NCBI GenBank assembly: GCA_038087875.1
Contig: CM075995.1
Coordinates: 3,908,001-3,972,000 of the forward strand
Direction of reading: 5' to 3'
Source of the DNA: Malacoraja senta
Lineage: Eukaryota
Length of the DNA: 64,000 nt
The translations under genes were made by a program, and so were the position numbers. Under the pieces are notes generated by a model. The model ran no database searches. It had not been told where the DNA came from and saw nothing but the letters and a program-made list of their open reading frames with translations. The first letter of the stretch is position 1. Every line of letters starts with the position of its first letter. Below, piece after piece: positions 22,694 to 35,230 of the stretch.

Positions 22694-23357
22694 AGGGCCT
22701 GTCCCACTTACGTGTCCTTGGCACGCAAATTACGCGACCTCGTGGTCGCGTTGAGGTGCACGGGCATCGTATGGCTGTGCGGGGCTGGTCCCACTTAGAA
22801 GAGCGAAGGGGTATGGAGTTGAGCGCGACATCGCGCGGGGCTCCAAAATTTTTGTAGTGAACGAAATGTTCGCGCGCCAACGGCCTGTCGCGGAACTGAA
22901 GGCCAAAGTAGGACAGGCCCAAGACCCTGGCCCGACGTAACGTCTCACCTTCAACAGCAGCAGAAGCAGGCAAACGATCGCCGAGCTCGGCCTGGGGCTC
23001 ACGGCCGTTGCGGTCCGGATCCGCCCCCACTTCTACTCCCAGTGCGGGACCAAGAAAATTGAAAATAGACACAAAATGCAGGAGTAACTCAGCGGGACCC
23101 TTTCGGGTCAAGACCCCTTCTTTTCAGACTGAAGAGAGTCTCGACACGAAACGTCACCCATTGTTTCTCTTCCAGAGATGCTGCCGGTCCCGCTGAGTTA
23201 CTCCAGCTTTGTGTCTATCTTCAAATGACGTCGCGCGCTCCAGACGGCTGTGCATACGCATGTAGTCGCGCCCGACCTTCGCGGGACGGTCTCGGCTCAA
23301 CGCGACCATGAGGTTGCGTAATTTGCGTGCCATGGACACGTAAGTGGGACAGGCCCT
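22694..23357. mobile_element. PIF/Harbinger-type MITE, complete
   Basis: About 60-bp TIRs starting AGGGCCTGTCCCACTTACGTGTCC; TAA TSD on both sides; CpG-rich; Penelope-derived palindrome at about 23060-23222. Confidence 0.85.
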
Positions 23358-23389
23358 TAAGGTTCTGTTTGCTAACGCACAGTTTCCTA

Positions 23390-23665
23390 AGTTCATAAGT
23401 GATAGGAACAGAATTATGCCATCAAGTCTATTCCGCCATTCAATCATGGCTGATCTATCTCTCCCTCCTAACCCCATTCTCCTGCCTTCTCCCCATAACC
23501 CCTGACACCCATACTAATCAAGAATCTATCTATCTCGGCCTTAAAAATATCCATTGACTTGGCCTCCACAGCTTACCGTGGCAATGAATTCCACAGAATC
23601 ACCAACCTCTGACTAAAGAAAATTCCTCCTCCTCTTCCTAAAGGAACGTTCTTTAATTCTGAGGA
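23390..23665 (-). mobile_element. CR1 LINE 3' fragment
   Basis: Same family as 24598-24990. Confidence 0.8.
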
Positions 23666-23719
23666 ATTTTTTTATGTTTCGTTGTTTTTTTTGTTATTTT
23701 AGGTAATTCGTTTTTTTAG

Positions 23720-24000
23720 CTTTTAGTGATACAGCATCGAAGCAGGCCCTTCAGCCCATCGAGTCCGCGCGGACCAGTGATCATCCCGTACACTAGGACT
23801 ATTCTACACGCTAGGAACACTTTACAATTTACAAAAGTCAATTATTCTACACATCTGTACACACTTGGAGTGTGGGAGGAAACCAGAGCACCGGGACAAA
23901 ACCCATGCAGTGACAGGGAGAGCAATGCGGGAAATTCAGGCAGTCACAGGACTAACTTGCAGACTCCACACAGACAGCATCTGAGGTCTGGATTGAACCC
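23720..24000 (-). mobile_element. V-SINE, diverged
   Basis: Tail and V-domain recognisable on the minus strand. Confidence 0.75.
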
Positions 24001-24597
24001 TGCATCAGTTGCAAAGTCCAATGTCCGCAATGGAAGCAGATAGTAAACCTAGCTTATGGAAGGACTGTTCAGAAGCCTGGTAACTGATGAGAAGAAGCTG
24101 TTCCAGAGTTTGGTTTTGAGTGCTTTCAAGCTTCTGTACCTTTTGTCGGGCAGGAGCAGGGAGAAGAAGGAAACTCCAGGGTGGGACAAGTCTTTGATTG
24201 GGTTGGAGATGGAGATGGAGTGTAGATGGAGTCATTTCTGAACTGAGTGAGATTGTTGGCAAAGATTGATCTGGGTGCAATGCACTGAGCAGTGCCCTAA
24301 GGCTAGCGGTTCAGTTGAAGTTTTTACTGCAGTCCATTGGGTTCTTGATATTGTATTGTGTGCATTCAGTTCTATAGCGTTCTGCTCCTGCATGTTGTTC
24401 AGTCTGTGACAGCAATGCAGTGCTGGAGTGATTTGTTCCTGACCACCACCCCATACCCTACTGCCCCAAATGAGAGATAACATCTTTTATCTCCTTCACC
24501 TATCAACCAAGGCCTCCAAGACTGCCATCGGAAACCCTTTCGGTTATTTCTCTCTTGTGTGTGTGTAGTGTGTTGCGTTATGTTGAAAACACCTTCA

Positions 24598-24990
24598 GAG
24601 GGACTTCATTGCAACTTACCGAATAGTGAAAGGCTTAGATGGAGTGGATGTGGAGAGGATGTTTCCACTAGTGGGAGAGTCTAGGACAAGAGGTCATAGC
24701 CTCAGAATTAAAGGACATTCCTTTAGGAAGGAGATGAGGAGGAGTTTCTTTAGTCAGATGGTGGTTAATCTGTGGAATTCATTGCCACTGAAGGCTGTGG
24801 AGACAGGCAATGAATATATTTAAGGCAGAGGTGGATAGATTCATGATTAGCTCGGGTGTCAGGGGTTATGGGGTGAAGGCTGGAGAATAGGGTTAAGAGG
24901 TAAAGATGGATGAGCCATGATTGAATGGTGGATTAGATTCGATGGGCTAAATGGCCTAATTCTGCTCCAAGAACTTATGAACTTATGAAT
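24598..24990 (+). mobile_element. CR1 LINE 3' fragment
   Basis: KGLDGVDVERMFPLVGESRTRGHSLRIKG..FFSQMVVNLWNSLP. Confidence 0.9.
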
Positions 24991-25419
24991 GAATTCCACC
25001 ACATGCTGCAGCCACAATGTACCTTCCTCTTTAAAGGTTAACACGAGCTAGATGCTGAAATGATGAACATGAACAGGCTGCAGACACGACCAGGTTGACC
25101 CCATGATTGCTAATCGGGATTAGATAGAGAAGCAATTCCCTTTCCCATTTTCCAGTGTCACACAAGTTAGCCCCAAGGCCATTCGGCCCATCATGTCTGG
25201 GCTGGTTTTTGAGAACTGTAACCCCGTTAGTCCCATTTCACAATTTAATTCCCATAGCCTTGCAATTGATTTTCCTCTGTGAATTTATCAAATTCCCTTT
25301 CAAGATTTGTCTTTAAATTTATTTCCATCACCCATTCAGACAATGCATTCCAATATGCTACATCAAATAATGGATATGCATGTTACCTTTAGTTTGTTGT
25401 CAATTATAGAGGAATAGTC

Positions 25420-25800
25420 ATAAACACATATAGCAGAGATACAGCCTCTTCAGCCCAACTTATCCATGCCGACCAAGATGCCCATCTGAGCTAGTCCCAT
25501 TTGCCAGTGTTTGGACCCTATCCCTCTGAATGTTTCCTATCCATCCACCTGTCCAAATGTCTTTTATATTCGCATATTTGCATTTGTCCTCTGGCTCCTG
25601 AATCCCCCATCCAGCACCCAGGGTAAAAGACCCTGTGCATTCATCCTATCAATCCCTCTCATGATCCGATACACCTCCAAAAGATCAATCTTCAGCTTCC
25701 TGCACTCCAAGGAATCAAATCCTAGTTTGCTCAATCTCTCCCTATAGCTCAGGCCCTCAAGTCCTGGCAACATCCTTGAAAAATACTCTCTGCACTCTCT
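25420..25800 (-). mobile_element. CR1 LINE 3' fragment
   Basis: RMLPGLEGLSYRERLSKLG..DLLEVYRIMRGID. Confidence 0.85.
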
Positions 25801-27440
25801 CCAGCCCAATTATCTTAATTTTTTTGTCTTCTGGTATCAACCCTTCTGCCAATTGAAACGGGTTCACCTTATATGCTTAATTGCAGCCCTTTTTGATTTC
25901 TGAAACAATAATTATCCTTAATCCTCTTTTCTTTAAGGAGAATGACCGATTTCAACCCATAATCCACAGACGGAGGTGATTTACGCCAAGGAATGATACT
26001 GATTGATACTATGTGGTGAATTTGATTTTAATGCTTTTGGTATTTTTAAAACAAACATAGAATTTAAAGAGTAGAAACAAGGAACTGCAGATGCCGATTT
26101 ACAAAAAAAGACACAAAGTGCTGGATTAACCCAGGCATCTCTGGAGAGCATGGATAGGTGGTGTTTCAGGTCGGGATGCTTCTATGGGGTATTTAAAGAA
26201 GTCAGCTTAATAAATATGCCAATTTGTTATTGTGAGTTTCACATCAAAATAAAATAAATTAAATTAAATGTCAAAATCTCCCTTGTCAGCACCTCATGAC
26301 CATGCACAAGCCATAAATTAAACAATTTCTCGTTCCTTGCAGTGGTTCTGATTTTACATGCGGTGAGACACATCCAATCTCAAAAACAAGAAAAGAAATC
26401 TGTTGGTTTTAGCTTTGACTAGTTGAGGTCAAACGTACACAAAAGCAAACCAGATCGGCTCGGAGATTGTCTGGCTCTCAGCTTGTCATTTAATGAAATG
26501 ATTATGACCGATACCGTAAAATTTCATCCGTGGCTTGAAAAATTTATGAAGCGAAGACACATTGACCAAGGATACGGTGGCAGGACATTTATTGTCCCGC
26601 CGGCAGTCTATTTTTTTAAAATATATCTTGACTTTTTATTAAAATCGACATTGATCTATCCTTGAGACTATTGCCATCGGCCTCAATCTTCAATTTTGGG
26701 GGCTAGGGCCAGATTAGAAGTCACCGCAGGTTGGGAGATCCAAAATTGATGAGCTGAATCTGTCCCTCTGACACGGAGCGCCCTGCCGAGACATTGTTCT
26801 TTACGAGAGCATTGAAGTCTAGAAACTCAATGCAGCTGCCCTTGCGATGCCGACCTGGGACTCAGCCTAGCCAGAGGCAATGCATCAAAGATCCTTGCTA
26901 ACAAATTGCTGTGAGCGCACCATGGCATTTGGTATTGCCTCCTTCAATATATTCAACGCAAGATGACAAAAACCCATTGCAGCTTCCCTTCGGGGTTGTA
27001 AAGAGGCCTCCTCTTTTTGCGCCTCCTTTCTCTCGCTGCCGGTTTTTTTGCAGCCTGTTTGTTTTTGCTATCGGGAAATTTCTTCTGTTTCCCCTTCCTC
27101 CGCCGTCAGGTTAATTTTCGTCCCTATCTGGCCCAAGCAACCATTTAAAGTGATTAGCAAGCTGTACCAGCAATTGTGCTGATGTTTCCTTCAGCACTGC
27201 ATCCACCAGTTATTCAAAATGAATAGACAACTACATAATTAAGGACCGCATCCCCAAAGAGGAAATTATAATCGAGTGTTCCAGCAAATGAAAAAAAAAG
27301 GTTGATAATTACGGAGACGTTTTCTTTTCAAGCAATGTCTAATTTTTTCTTTCTAAACCGTGAACAAAAGACGCAGGAAAAGGGCTGAGAGATTTTGCAT
27401 TCAGTTCCTTACACAAACTCGGCCTCTTTAATTTGTTTAA

Positions 27441-27806
27441 CAAAAGGGAACTAGCTCATTACATTTACAAATGTATAATTCTTAAGTCCTAAAAGTATGA
27501 ATACATTAGTTTGTTTAAGGGGTTTTTTTTCCCCGAGAGTGGTAGGCAGCCTTAAACACCAGTTTCAGGCATAAGTAGTAAAATTGTTGACAGAATAGGA
27601 GAAAGCGTACATCTATGTCAAAAGGGACTTAGCTCATTACATTTACCAATGTATAATTCTTAAGGCCTAATAGTATGAATACATTAGCTTGTTTGAGGGT
27701 TTTATTTCCCCCTGCAATGGTAGGCTGCCTTAAATGTCATTTTTAAGGCATAAGTGGTTACATTTTTGGACATAATAAGGAGAAAAGCACACATTAAGTC
27801 AAAAGG
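27441..27806. repeat. Old tandem duplication, about 180-bp unit x 2
   Basis: Units start CAAAAGG at 27441, 27619 and 27800 and share TAGCTCATTACATTTAC.AATGTATAATTCTTAAG..AGTATGAATACATTAG. Confidence 0.85.
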
Positions 27807-27819
27807 TAGAGATTTGAGC

Positions 27820-28100
27820 AGTCGGGAAAATTGCATTGTTAAAATGCCACGCTGGTGTAAAGTGTTAAACTAAAGCCGTATCTCTCCTTCCAGATGGATG
27901 TTAAACTCCCATGGCAGTATTTCAAAGAAGAAGGTGGGGGGTGCGGGGGGATTCTGCTTACCCAGTCTGGAATAAGATGTGATTCACAGCAATGTTGTCG
28001 AACATCTACAGGCGTAAATAGCCTAACAGACTGCTCAGTCCATGGGCAACTGAGAATGGGCAATAAAAGCTGACCTTGCTTTAATGCCCAGATCCCAGAC
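27820..28100 (-). mobile_element. Ancient Deu-domain SINE relic (SacSINE1/AmnSINE1-like); related pieces near 20770-20845, 36745-36830, 40020-40100 and 43975-44140
   Basis: TTCTTTGAAATACTGCCATGGGAGTTTAACATCCATCTG resembles the Deu core (GAAATAGTGCCATGGGATCTTTTACATCCACCTG), recalled from memory. Confidence 0.55.
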
Positions 28101-30187
28101 ACATATTTTTTTTAAATGCACAGTCTTCATCAAATTTTATTCTGGAGTCGCAGTGGAAAAAATCTACAAAGAAATTCATCCCTAGTCGTTAGCATTAAAT
28201 GTGCCACATGGCCAACTGATTCAATTGTGAAGACAGTAACAGTGTTAAATAGTGTGCTTAGCTCCACTGACCAAAGATGCATTTCTACACAACATAATTT
28301 CCAGCAAAGCTAAGTGGAAGTGGGGTTGATGGTTTGGATATATGGGCATCAAGCAGATTTTAAATTGTCCTTTACTTTGTACCCCTATCAAACTGCCAAT
28401 AATATGACGAGATGTACTGTGGATTATGTAACATCAGCCGATAAATCAGATCAATCCTCTCCACACAATATATCAGGATCACATTTCATTTTACGATACT
28501 GGTGCAGTTTGGTGGCATTTCCAGGATTTTTACTACCTCGAGTATGGACATTAAATCCCTTTAAATGATCCTCCTGCTTTTGGTCAATTTGATAACTTGG
28601 ATTTATTTCACTCCAGTAACTCTGGATAATTAATCTGAAGGGAAGATTCACTGTAAGTCTGGTATTCTACTGAAATTATGATCCAACCCACTTTCAGAGA
28701 AGTGAGAAGGGTCTCGACTCAAAACGTCACCCATTCCTTCTCTCCAGAGATGTCGCCTGTCCCGCTGAGTTACTCCAGCTTTTTGTGTCTGTCCACCTTT
28801 GAAGAAAAGGCACAAAGAGCTGGAATAACTCAGCGGTTGAAGCAGCATCTATGGAGCGAAGGAAATAGGCGACATTTCAGGTCTCGACCCAAAACGTTGT
28901 CTATTTCCTTCGCTCCATAGATGCTGCCTCACCCGCTGAGTTTCTCCAGCATTTTTGTCTACCTTCGATTTTCCAGCATCTACAGTTTCTTCTTAAACAA
29001 GAGCTGGAATAACTCAGCGGGTCAGACAGTATCTCTGGAGAACATGGATAAGTAACGGTCAATACCCTTCTCCAGTCTGAAGAAGGATCCCGTTGTGAAA
29101 CGTCACCTATCCATGTTCTCCATAGGTGCTGCCTGACCTGCTGAGTTACTCCTGCACTTAGTGTCTTTCTTTGAAAACCAGCATCTGCAGTTCATTGTAT
29201 CCACACTTTTAAAGAAGTAATTTCCAGCATTCAATTCACAAAGAAAGGTTTGACATCTAACTTAGACATGTAAATTACAAAACAGAAGCTCAGTTCAGTT
29301 CAGTTTAGTTTACTGTCACGTGTACCGAGTTACAGTGCAAAGCTTTTGTTGCACGCTATCCAATCTAAAGAAATAGAGACTTGCATCTATATTTCACCAA
29401 TTTGCTGGCCCTTAGAGATTTCGCACAGTGAGAAATGGTTGAGTTATTGGAAATCAAAATTGAACACTTTCTGTGACAGGCACATAATTCTCCCCATGTG
29501 TAGGAAGGAACTGCAGATGCTGGTTTAAACTGAGGATAGACACAAAAAGCTGGAGTAACTTAGCGGGTCAGGCAGCATCTCTGGAGAAAAGGAATAGGTG
29601 ACGTTTCGGGTCGAGACCCTTCTTCAGAGTGAAAAAGGGTCTCGACCTGAAACATCACCTATTCCTTGTCTTCAGATATGCTGTAATTCTCCCAATGGAT
29701 GGGACAGGGGATCACATGTTTAAGTTTATCGCCATGATAAACAGTTGGGGGAGAAGAAAGGAATATGCAGGAATGAACTGCAGATGCTGGTTTAAATCGA
29801 AGGTAGACACAAAATGCTGGAATAACTCAGTGGGAGGCAGAATCTCTGGAGAGAAGGAATGGGTGACGTTTCAGGTCGAGACCCTTCTTCAGACTGGAGA
29901 AGCGTCACCCATTCCTTCTCTCTAGAGATGCTGCCTGTCCCGCTGAGTTACTCCAGCTTTTTGTGTCTATCTTCGCAGATGAAAGGAATTCAATTTATGC
30001 ACACAACTACTGTGATCTGCAATTTACTGCCTGAAAGGAGGGACTAGACAGAGGCAATCACAGCTTTAAAATCCAATTAATCATCAGAAAAGGACTCAGC
30101 TGAAAGCGCAGGTGAATAGGACTCACTGGGTAATTTGTAGGGACAGGCACAATCCCCCAAATATCCTTCTTCTATGTACGCTCCCTT

Positions 30188-30580
30188 AGGTCGCAGGAGG
30201 ATGAGGGGTGATTTTATAGAGGTGTATAAAATAATGAGAGGGATAAATCGGGTAGATGTACAGAATCTCTTGCCCAGAGGAGGGGAATCGAGGACCAGAG
30301 GACACAGGTTGAAGGTGAAGGGGAAAACATTTAATAGGAATCTGAGGGGTAACTTTTTCACGCAAAGGGCATTATGGATGTATGGAACAAGTTGCCAGAG
30401 GAGGTAGTTGAGGCTGGAACTATCCCCACATTTAAGAAACAGTTAGACAGGTACATGGATAGGACACGTTTGGAGGGATATGGACCAAGCACAGGCAGGT
30501 GGGACCAGTGTAGCCGGTTGGACATGTTGGCCGGTGTGGGCAAGTTGGGTCGAAGGGCCTGTTTCCACACTGTATCCACT
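30188..30580 (+). mobile_element. CR1 LINE 3' fragment
   Basis: RRRMRGDFIEVYKIMRGINRVD..SRTRGHRLKVKG; WNKLPEEVVEAGT. Confidence 0.9.
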
Positions 30581-30884
30581 CTGTGGAATGATACAATTAA
30601 CATTCAGTTATTAAAATACCTCCCTACCCAGCTTCGAATACCCACATATTCCCAGTTCACAACGTGCCTCAGTCACCCCCACCAATTAAAGTTATTTTAT
30701 ATGAAGACCTGATTTATTACATCAGTCTTACTTAAAGAAAACAGTAAAGGATCAATTACTTTTAATATGTAGAAAGGAAATACAGATGTGCAGAACTGCA
30801 GATGCTGGTTTAAATCGAAGGTAGACACAAAATGCTGGAGTAACTCAGCAGGACAGGCAGCACCTCTGTAGAGAAGGAATGGGT

Positions 30885-31167
30885 TGTGGCGTCAGCTGAT
30901 ATACAGACCACTTACGGTCGAACCGTCGTCAGTAGCTACGAGGGCTGGCACGTGACATCATGGGCTAGGGGGAGTGTCCTGCTACTTAAGCTTATCTCAC
31001 CTCGAGACCTAGGCAGTCGACAGGTAGCTGAGCCCGAGAGAACAACCTCGCTCAGCTACAGCAGCAATGATAATTACGTTAGCGGACCAACTTAACATGT
31101 AACACCTGAATAAAATTATTGTTTGAACCTGCCTGACGTCTGGCCTTATTCATCACGTTTGGTAACA
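30885..31167 (+). mobile_element. Solo LTR (283 bp), probably Gypsy-type
   Basis: TG...CA termini (TGTGGC / GTAACA), 4-bp TSD GGGT, AATAAA near 31109. It interrupts a Penelope pLTR. Confidence 0.8.
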
Positions 31168-31307
31168 GGGTAACGTTTTGTGTCGAGACCCTTCTTCAGA
31201 CAGAGGTCAGGGGAGTGGGCGGGACAGAGGTAGAATATAGTCAGAGACAGTAAGACTGGTGGGAGAAATGGGAAGGGGAGGGGGTGGAGGGAGAGGGAAA
31301 GCAAGGG

Positions 31308-31670
31308 TTACTTGAAGTTAGAGAAGTCAATGTTCATACCGTTGGGGTGTAAGCTACCCAAGCGAAATATAAGGTGCTGTTCCTCCAATTTGCGCTGGGC
31401 CTCACACTGACGATGGAGGAGACCCAGGACAGAAGGGTCAGATTGGGAATGGGAGGGGGAGTTAAAGTGCTGAGCAACCGGGAGAACAGGTAGGTTAAGG
31501 CGGACTGAGCGAAGGTGTTCTGCGAAATGATCATCGAGCCTGCGCTTGGTCTCGCCGATGTAGAGAAGTTGACACCTGGAGCAGCGGGTACAGTAGATGA
31601 GGTTGGAGAAGGTGCAAGTGAACCTCTGCCTCACCTGGAAAAGACTGTCAGGGTCCTTGAATGGAGTCAA
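31308..31670 (-). pseudogene. Penelope GIY-YIG endonuclease domain
   Basis: NLIYCTRCSRCQLLYIGETKRRL..FAEH..HFN..RKLEEQHLIFRLGSLHPNGMN. Confidence 0.9.
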
Positions 31671-31724
31671 GGGGGGAGGTAAAGGGACAGGTGTTGCATC
31701 TCCTGCAGTTGTAGGGGTTAATTA

Positions 31725-32649
31725 CAATAGACAATAGACAATAGGTGCAGGGGTAGGCCATTCGACCCTTCGAGCCAGCATCACCATTCAATGTGATCAT
31801 GGCTGATCATCCCCAATCAGTACCCCGTTCCTGCCTTCTCCCCATATCACCTGACTCCGCTATTTTTAAGAGCCCAATCTAGCTCTCTCATGAAAGCATC
31901 CAGAGAACCCGCCTCCACTGCCCTCTGAGGCAGAGAATTCCACAGACTCACCACTCTCGTCTCCATTCTAAATGGCTTACTCCTTATACTTCAACTGTGG
32001 CCCCTGGTTCTGGACTCCCCCAACATCATGAACATGTTTCCTGCCTCTAGCGTGTCCAAACCCTCAACAATCTTATATGTTTCAATGAGATGCCCTCTCA
32101 TCCTTCTAAACTCCAGAGTGTACAAGCCCAGCTGCTCCATTCTCTCAGCATATGACAGTCCCGCCATCCCGGGAATTAACCTTGTAAACCTACGCTGCAC
32201 TCCCTCAATAGCAAGATTGTCCTTCCTCAAATTAGGGGACCAAAACTGCACACAATACTCCAGGTGTGGTCTCACTAGGGCTCTGTACAAATGCAGAAGG
32301 ACCTCTTTGCTCCTATACTCGACTCCTCTTGTTATAAAGGCCAACATGCCATTAGCTTTCTTCACTGCCTGCTGAACCTGCATGCTTACTTTCATAGACT
32401 GATGTACAAGGACCCCCAGATCCCGTTGTACTTCCCCTTTTCCCAACTTGACGCCATTTAGATAGTGATCTGCCTTCCTGTTTTTGCTACCAAAGTGCAT
32501 AACCTCACATTTATCTGCATTAAACTTCATCTGCCATGCATCTGCCCACTCCCCCAACCTGTCCAAGTCACCCTGCATTCTCATAGCATCCTCCTCACAG
32601 TTCACACTGCCATGCAGCTTTGTGTCATATGCAAATTTGCTAATGTTAC
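31725..32649 (-). mobile_element. CR1 LINE 3' portion with a 204-aa open RT C-terminal region
   Basis: ORF 31991-32605: [43 protein letters not shown]; (CTATTGT)n tail. Confidence 0.95.
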
Positions 32650-34311
32650 TTTGGGGAGACAGTGGTTTGGGTGGGAAGGGACTAGTTGACCAGGGAGTTG
32701 CGGAGGGAACGGTCTCTGTGGATAGCAGAAAGGGGTGGAGATGGGAAGATGTGGCCAGTAGTGGGATCCCGTTGGAGGTGGCGAAAATGTTGGAGGATTA
32801 TATGCTGTATGCGACGGCTGATGGGGTGGAAGGTGAGGACAAGGGGGACTCTGTCCTTGTTGCGAATGGGGGGAGGGGGAGCAAGAGTGGAGCTGCGGAT
32901 ATCGAGGAGACCCTAGTGAAAGCCTCATCTATAACGGAAGAGGTGATGCCCCGTTTTCAAAAGAATGAGGACATCTCCGATGCTTGGGTATGGAAAACCT
33001 CATCCTGGGCGCAGATGCGGAGTAGACAGAGGAATTGGGAGTAGGGAATAGAGTCTTTACAGGAAGCAAGGTGGGAAGAAGTGTAGTCTAGATAGCTATG
33101 GGAGTCAGTAGGCTTGTAGTAAATGTCGGTCAATAATCTGTCTCCTGTGATTGAGACTGTGAGATCCACAAACAGTAGGGAGATGTCGGAGATGGTCCAA
33201 GTGTATTTGAGTGCAGGTTGGAAATTAGTTGTGAAGTTGATGAAGTCAGTGGGTTCTGCATGGGTGCAGGAGGCAGCACCAATGCAGGAGGTAGAGTTCG
33301 GTGATAGGGCCAGTGTATGCATGGAACAGCGATTGTTCGACGTACCCTACAAAGAGGCAGGCACAGCTGGGGCCCATGCGAGTGCCCATAGCCACGCCTT
33401 GGATTTGGAGGAAGTGGGAGGAGTTGAAGGAGAATTTGTTGAGGGTAAGGATCAGCTCTTCTAGGTGGAGGAGAGTGTTAGTAGATGGAAATTGGCAGGT
33501 TCTGCAGTCGAGGAAGAAACGGAGGGCTTTAGGACCTTCCTGGTGGGGGATTAGGTGTAGAGTGACTGAACATCCATGGTAAAGATGAGGGAGTGGGGTC
33601 CTGGAAAACGGAAGTCATTGAAGAGTCGAAGAGCGCGTGTGAGGTTTCTTGGACATAGGTCGGGAGGGATTGGACCAGGGGGGATAGGATGGATTCGAGG
33701 TATGTGGAAATTAATTCAGCGGGGCATGAAGGAACTAAGGATGTTGTTTTATACTGAAAATAGACACAATATACTGGAGTAACTCAGCGGGTCAGGCAAC
33801 ATCTCTGGAGAAAAAGGATGGATGATGTTTCGGGATCAGTCTGAAAAAGGGTCCCGGCCTGAAACATCACCCATCCTTTTTCTCCAGAGATGCTGCCTCA
33901 CCCATTGAGTTATGCCAATGCTTTGTGCCTATCTTCAATCAAGTTTAACTTGTTTTCACAGACTACAAGTATCTATTTATTCAAGGATATATTTCTAAGG
34001 TTCATGTTACTGGAGCATTCATCCAGTCACTTAAGTTTGAATCTTAACATGACAGTTTTGAATTTAAATTATCAATACAAAAAGCATTGAGAATTGCCTA
34101 GTGTGCGTAAAGTGACTGAGGTTGCTGGATTGTTAAAAGCCCAATTAGCCCAACAATAACCTTCAGAAAATAATTTTTTTGTCCCTGCCAGATTTGATTT
34201 GCATTTGTCTTTCACCAACTGGTGGAATAAATCATGTACCAGTAGAACATGCCAAATCTTCATTTCCACTGCTTTCTGCTTAATGGAGGATGAAGATCGG
34301 CACATTGGAGG

Positions 34312-34625
34312 GGGGCGGCACGATGGCGGGACGGTAGAGTTGCTGCCTTACAGGGCCAGAGACATGGGTTCGATCGTGACCAAGGGTGCTGTCTGTACGG
34401 AGTTTGCACGGTCTCCCCCGTGACCGCGTGTGTTTTCTCTGGGTGCCCCAGTGTCCTCCCACATTCTTTGTGGACGTACAGGTTTGTAGGTTAATTGGCT
34501 TCTGGAAATTGTATATTGTACCCAGCCTGTAGGATCGTGCTGGTGTGCAGGATGATCGCAGGGTCGGCGCGAACTCGGTGGGCTTTGGGGTCTGTTTCCA
34601 TGTTGTATCTCCAAACTAAACTAAA
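34312..34625 (+). mobile_element. tRNA-derived V-SINE
   Basis: Head, V-domain and tail present. Confidence 0.85.
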
Positions 34626-34825
34626 TATGGAAACAGACCCCTGAAAGCCAATTGGCGAAATAAGCTGCCTTCCGTCACAGTGAGGAATGTGGAGGAGTCA
34701 ATGTGGTGGATGTTTATGTTAAAATGTATTTTGTGTGTTCTGTGGCTTTTTATTTTTATGACTGTATGGCAAATCAAATTCCTCGTATGTTGCAAAACAT
34801 ACTTGGCTGATAAAGTATGATTCTA

Positions 34826-35230
34826 GTTGGCACCCCTCAGTCATGACTGACCATGGGTGATGCATCCTAGTTTGCAGTTGACGTGTGGTCGGATGCAAGC
34901 CTGGGCGATGTCATATGGAGGACCCACGCAGCACGTCCCCCATCTCCATGTCAAAGGAACAGCAGGGCCGTTACAGTTTGGCACCAGCGCCGTCGCAGGA
35001 GCTGCCAGAGCGAGGTTGTAGACAACGACGAACTGCCTTAGGGGCTCCGACTCCGGATTTTCTTGAGGTTTACTCCAGGAGCCTTTTCCATGACTTGATA
35101 TGGCCACAAGGCAGTGGAGGTTTTAAATCCTAGATGGACCGCCTTCCCAGGCTGACGAGCCCCATCTGCCCGAAACTCATGGGGGCGGGAGCGTCTACCT
35201 TCCCGTGCAGGTCTATAGCACCTGCCCACT
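34826..35230 (-). mobile_element. Probable RTE-clade-related non-coding repeat
   Basis: TTTGGCACCAGCGCCGTCGCAGGAGCTGCCAG resembles RTE 5'UTR sequence from memory; unverified. Confidence 0.35.

Larger units (their letters stand above)
30795..33720 (-). mobile_element. Penelope-like retroelement (RT + GIY-YIG + pLTR), decayed, with nested CR1 and solo LTR
   Basis: RT motif QIQGVAMGTRMGP near 33370-33410; IYYKPTDSHSYLDYTSSH; GIY-YIG ORF 31308-31670; hammerhead-like pLTR near 31170-31200. Confidence 0.9.

Noticed and set aside
20996..23477. GC-rich ORFs of 90-175 aa
   Set aside because: Chance ORFs across CpG-rich MITEs with no protein motifs.
26423..27114. Host coding exon in the repeat-free island
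   Set aside because: Only short ORFs with no recognisable protein similarity or convincing splice pairs.
32484..33044. 186-aa plus-strand ORF
   Set aside because: Antisense read-through of the CR1/Penelope junction.
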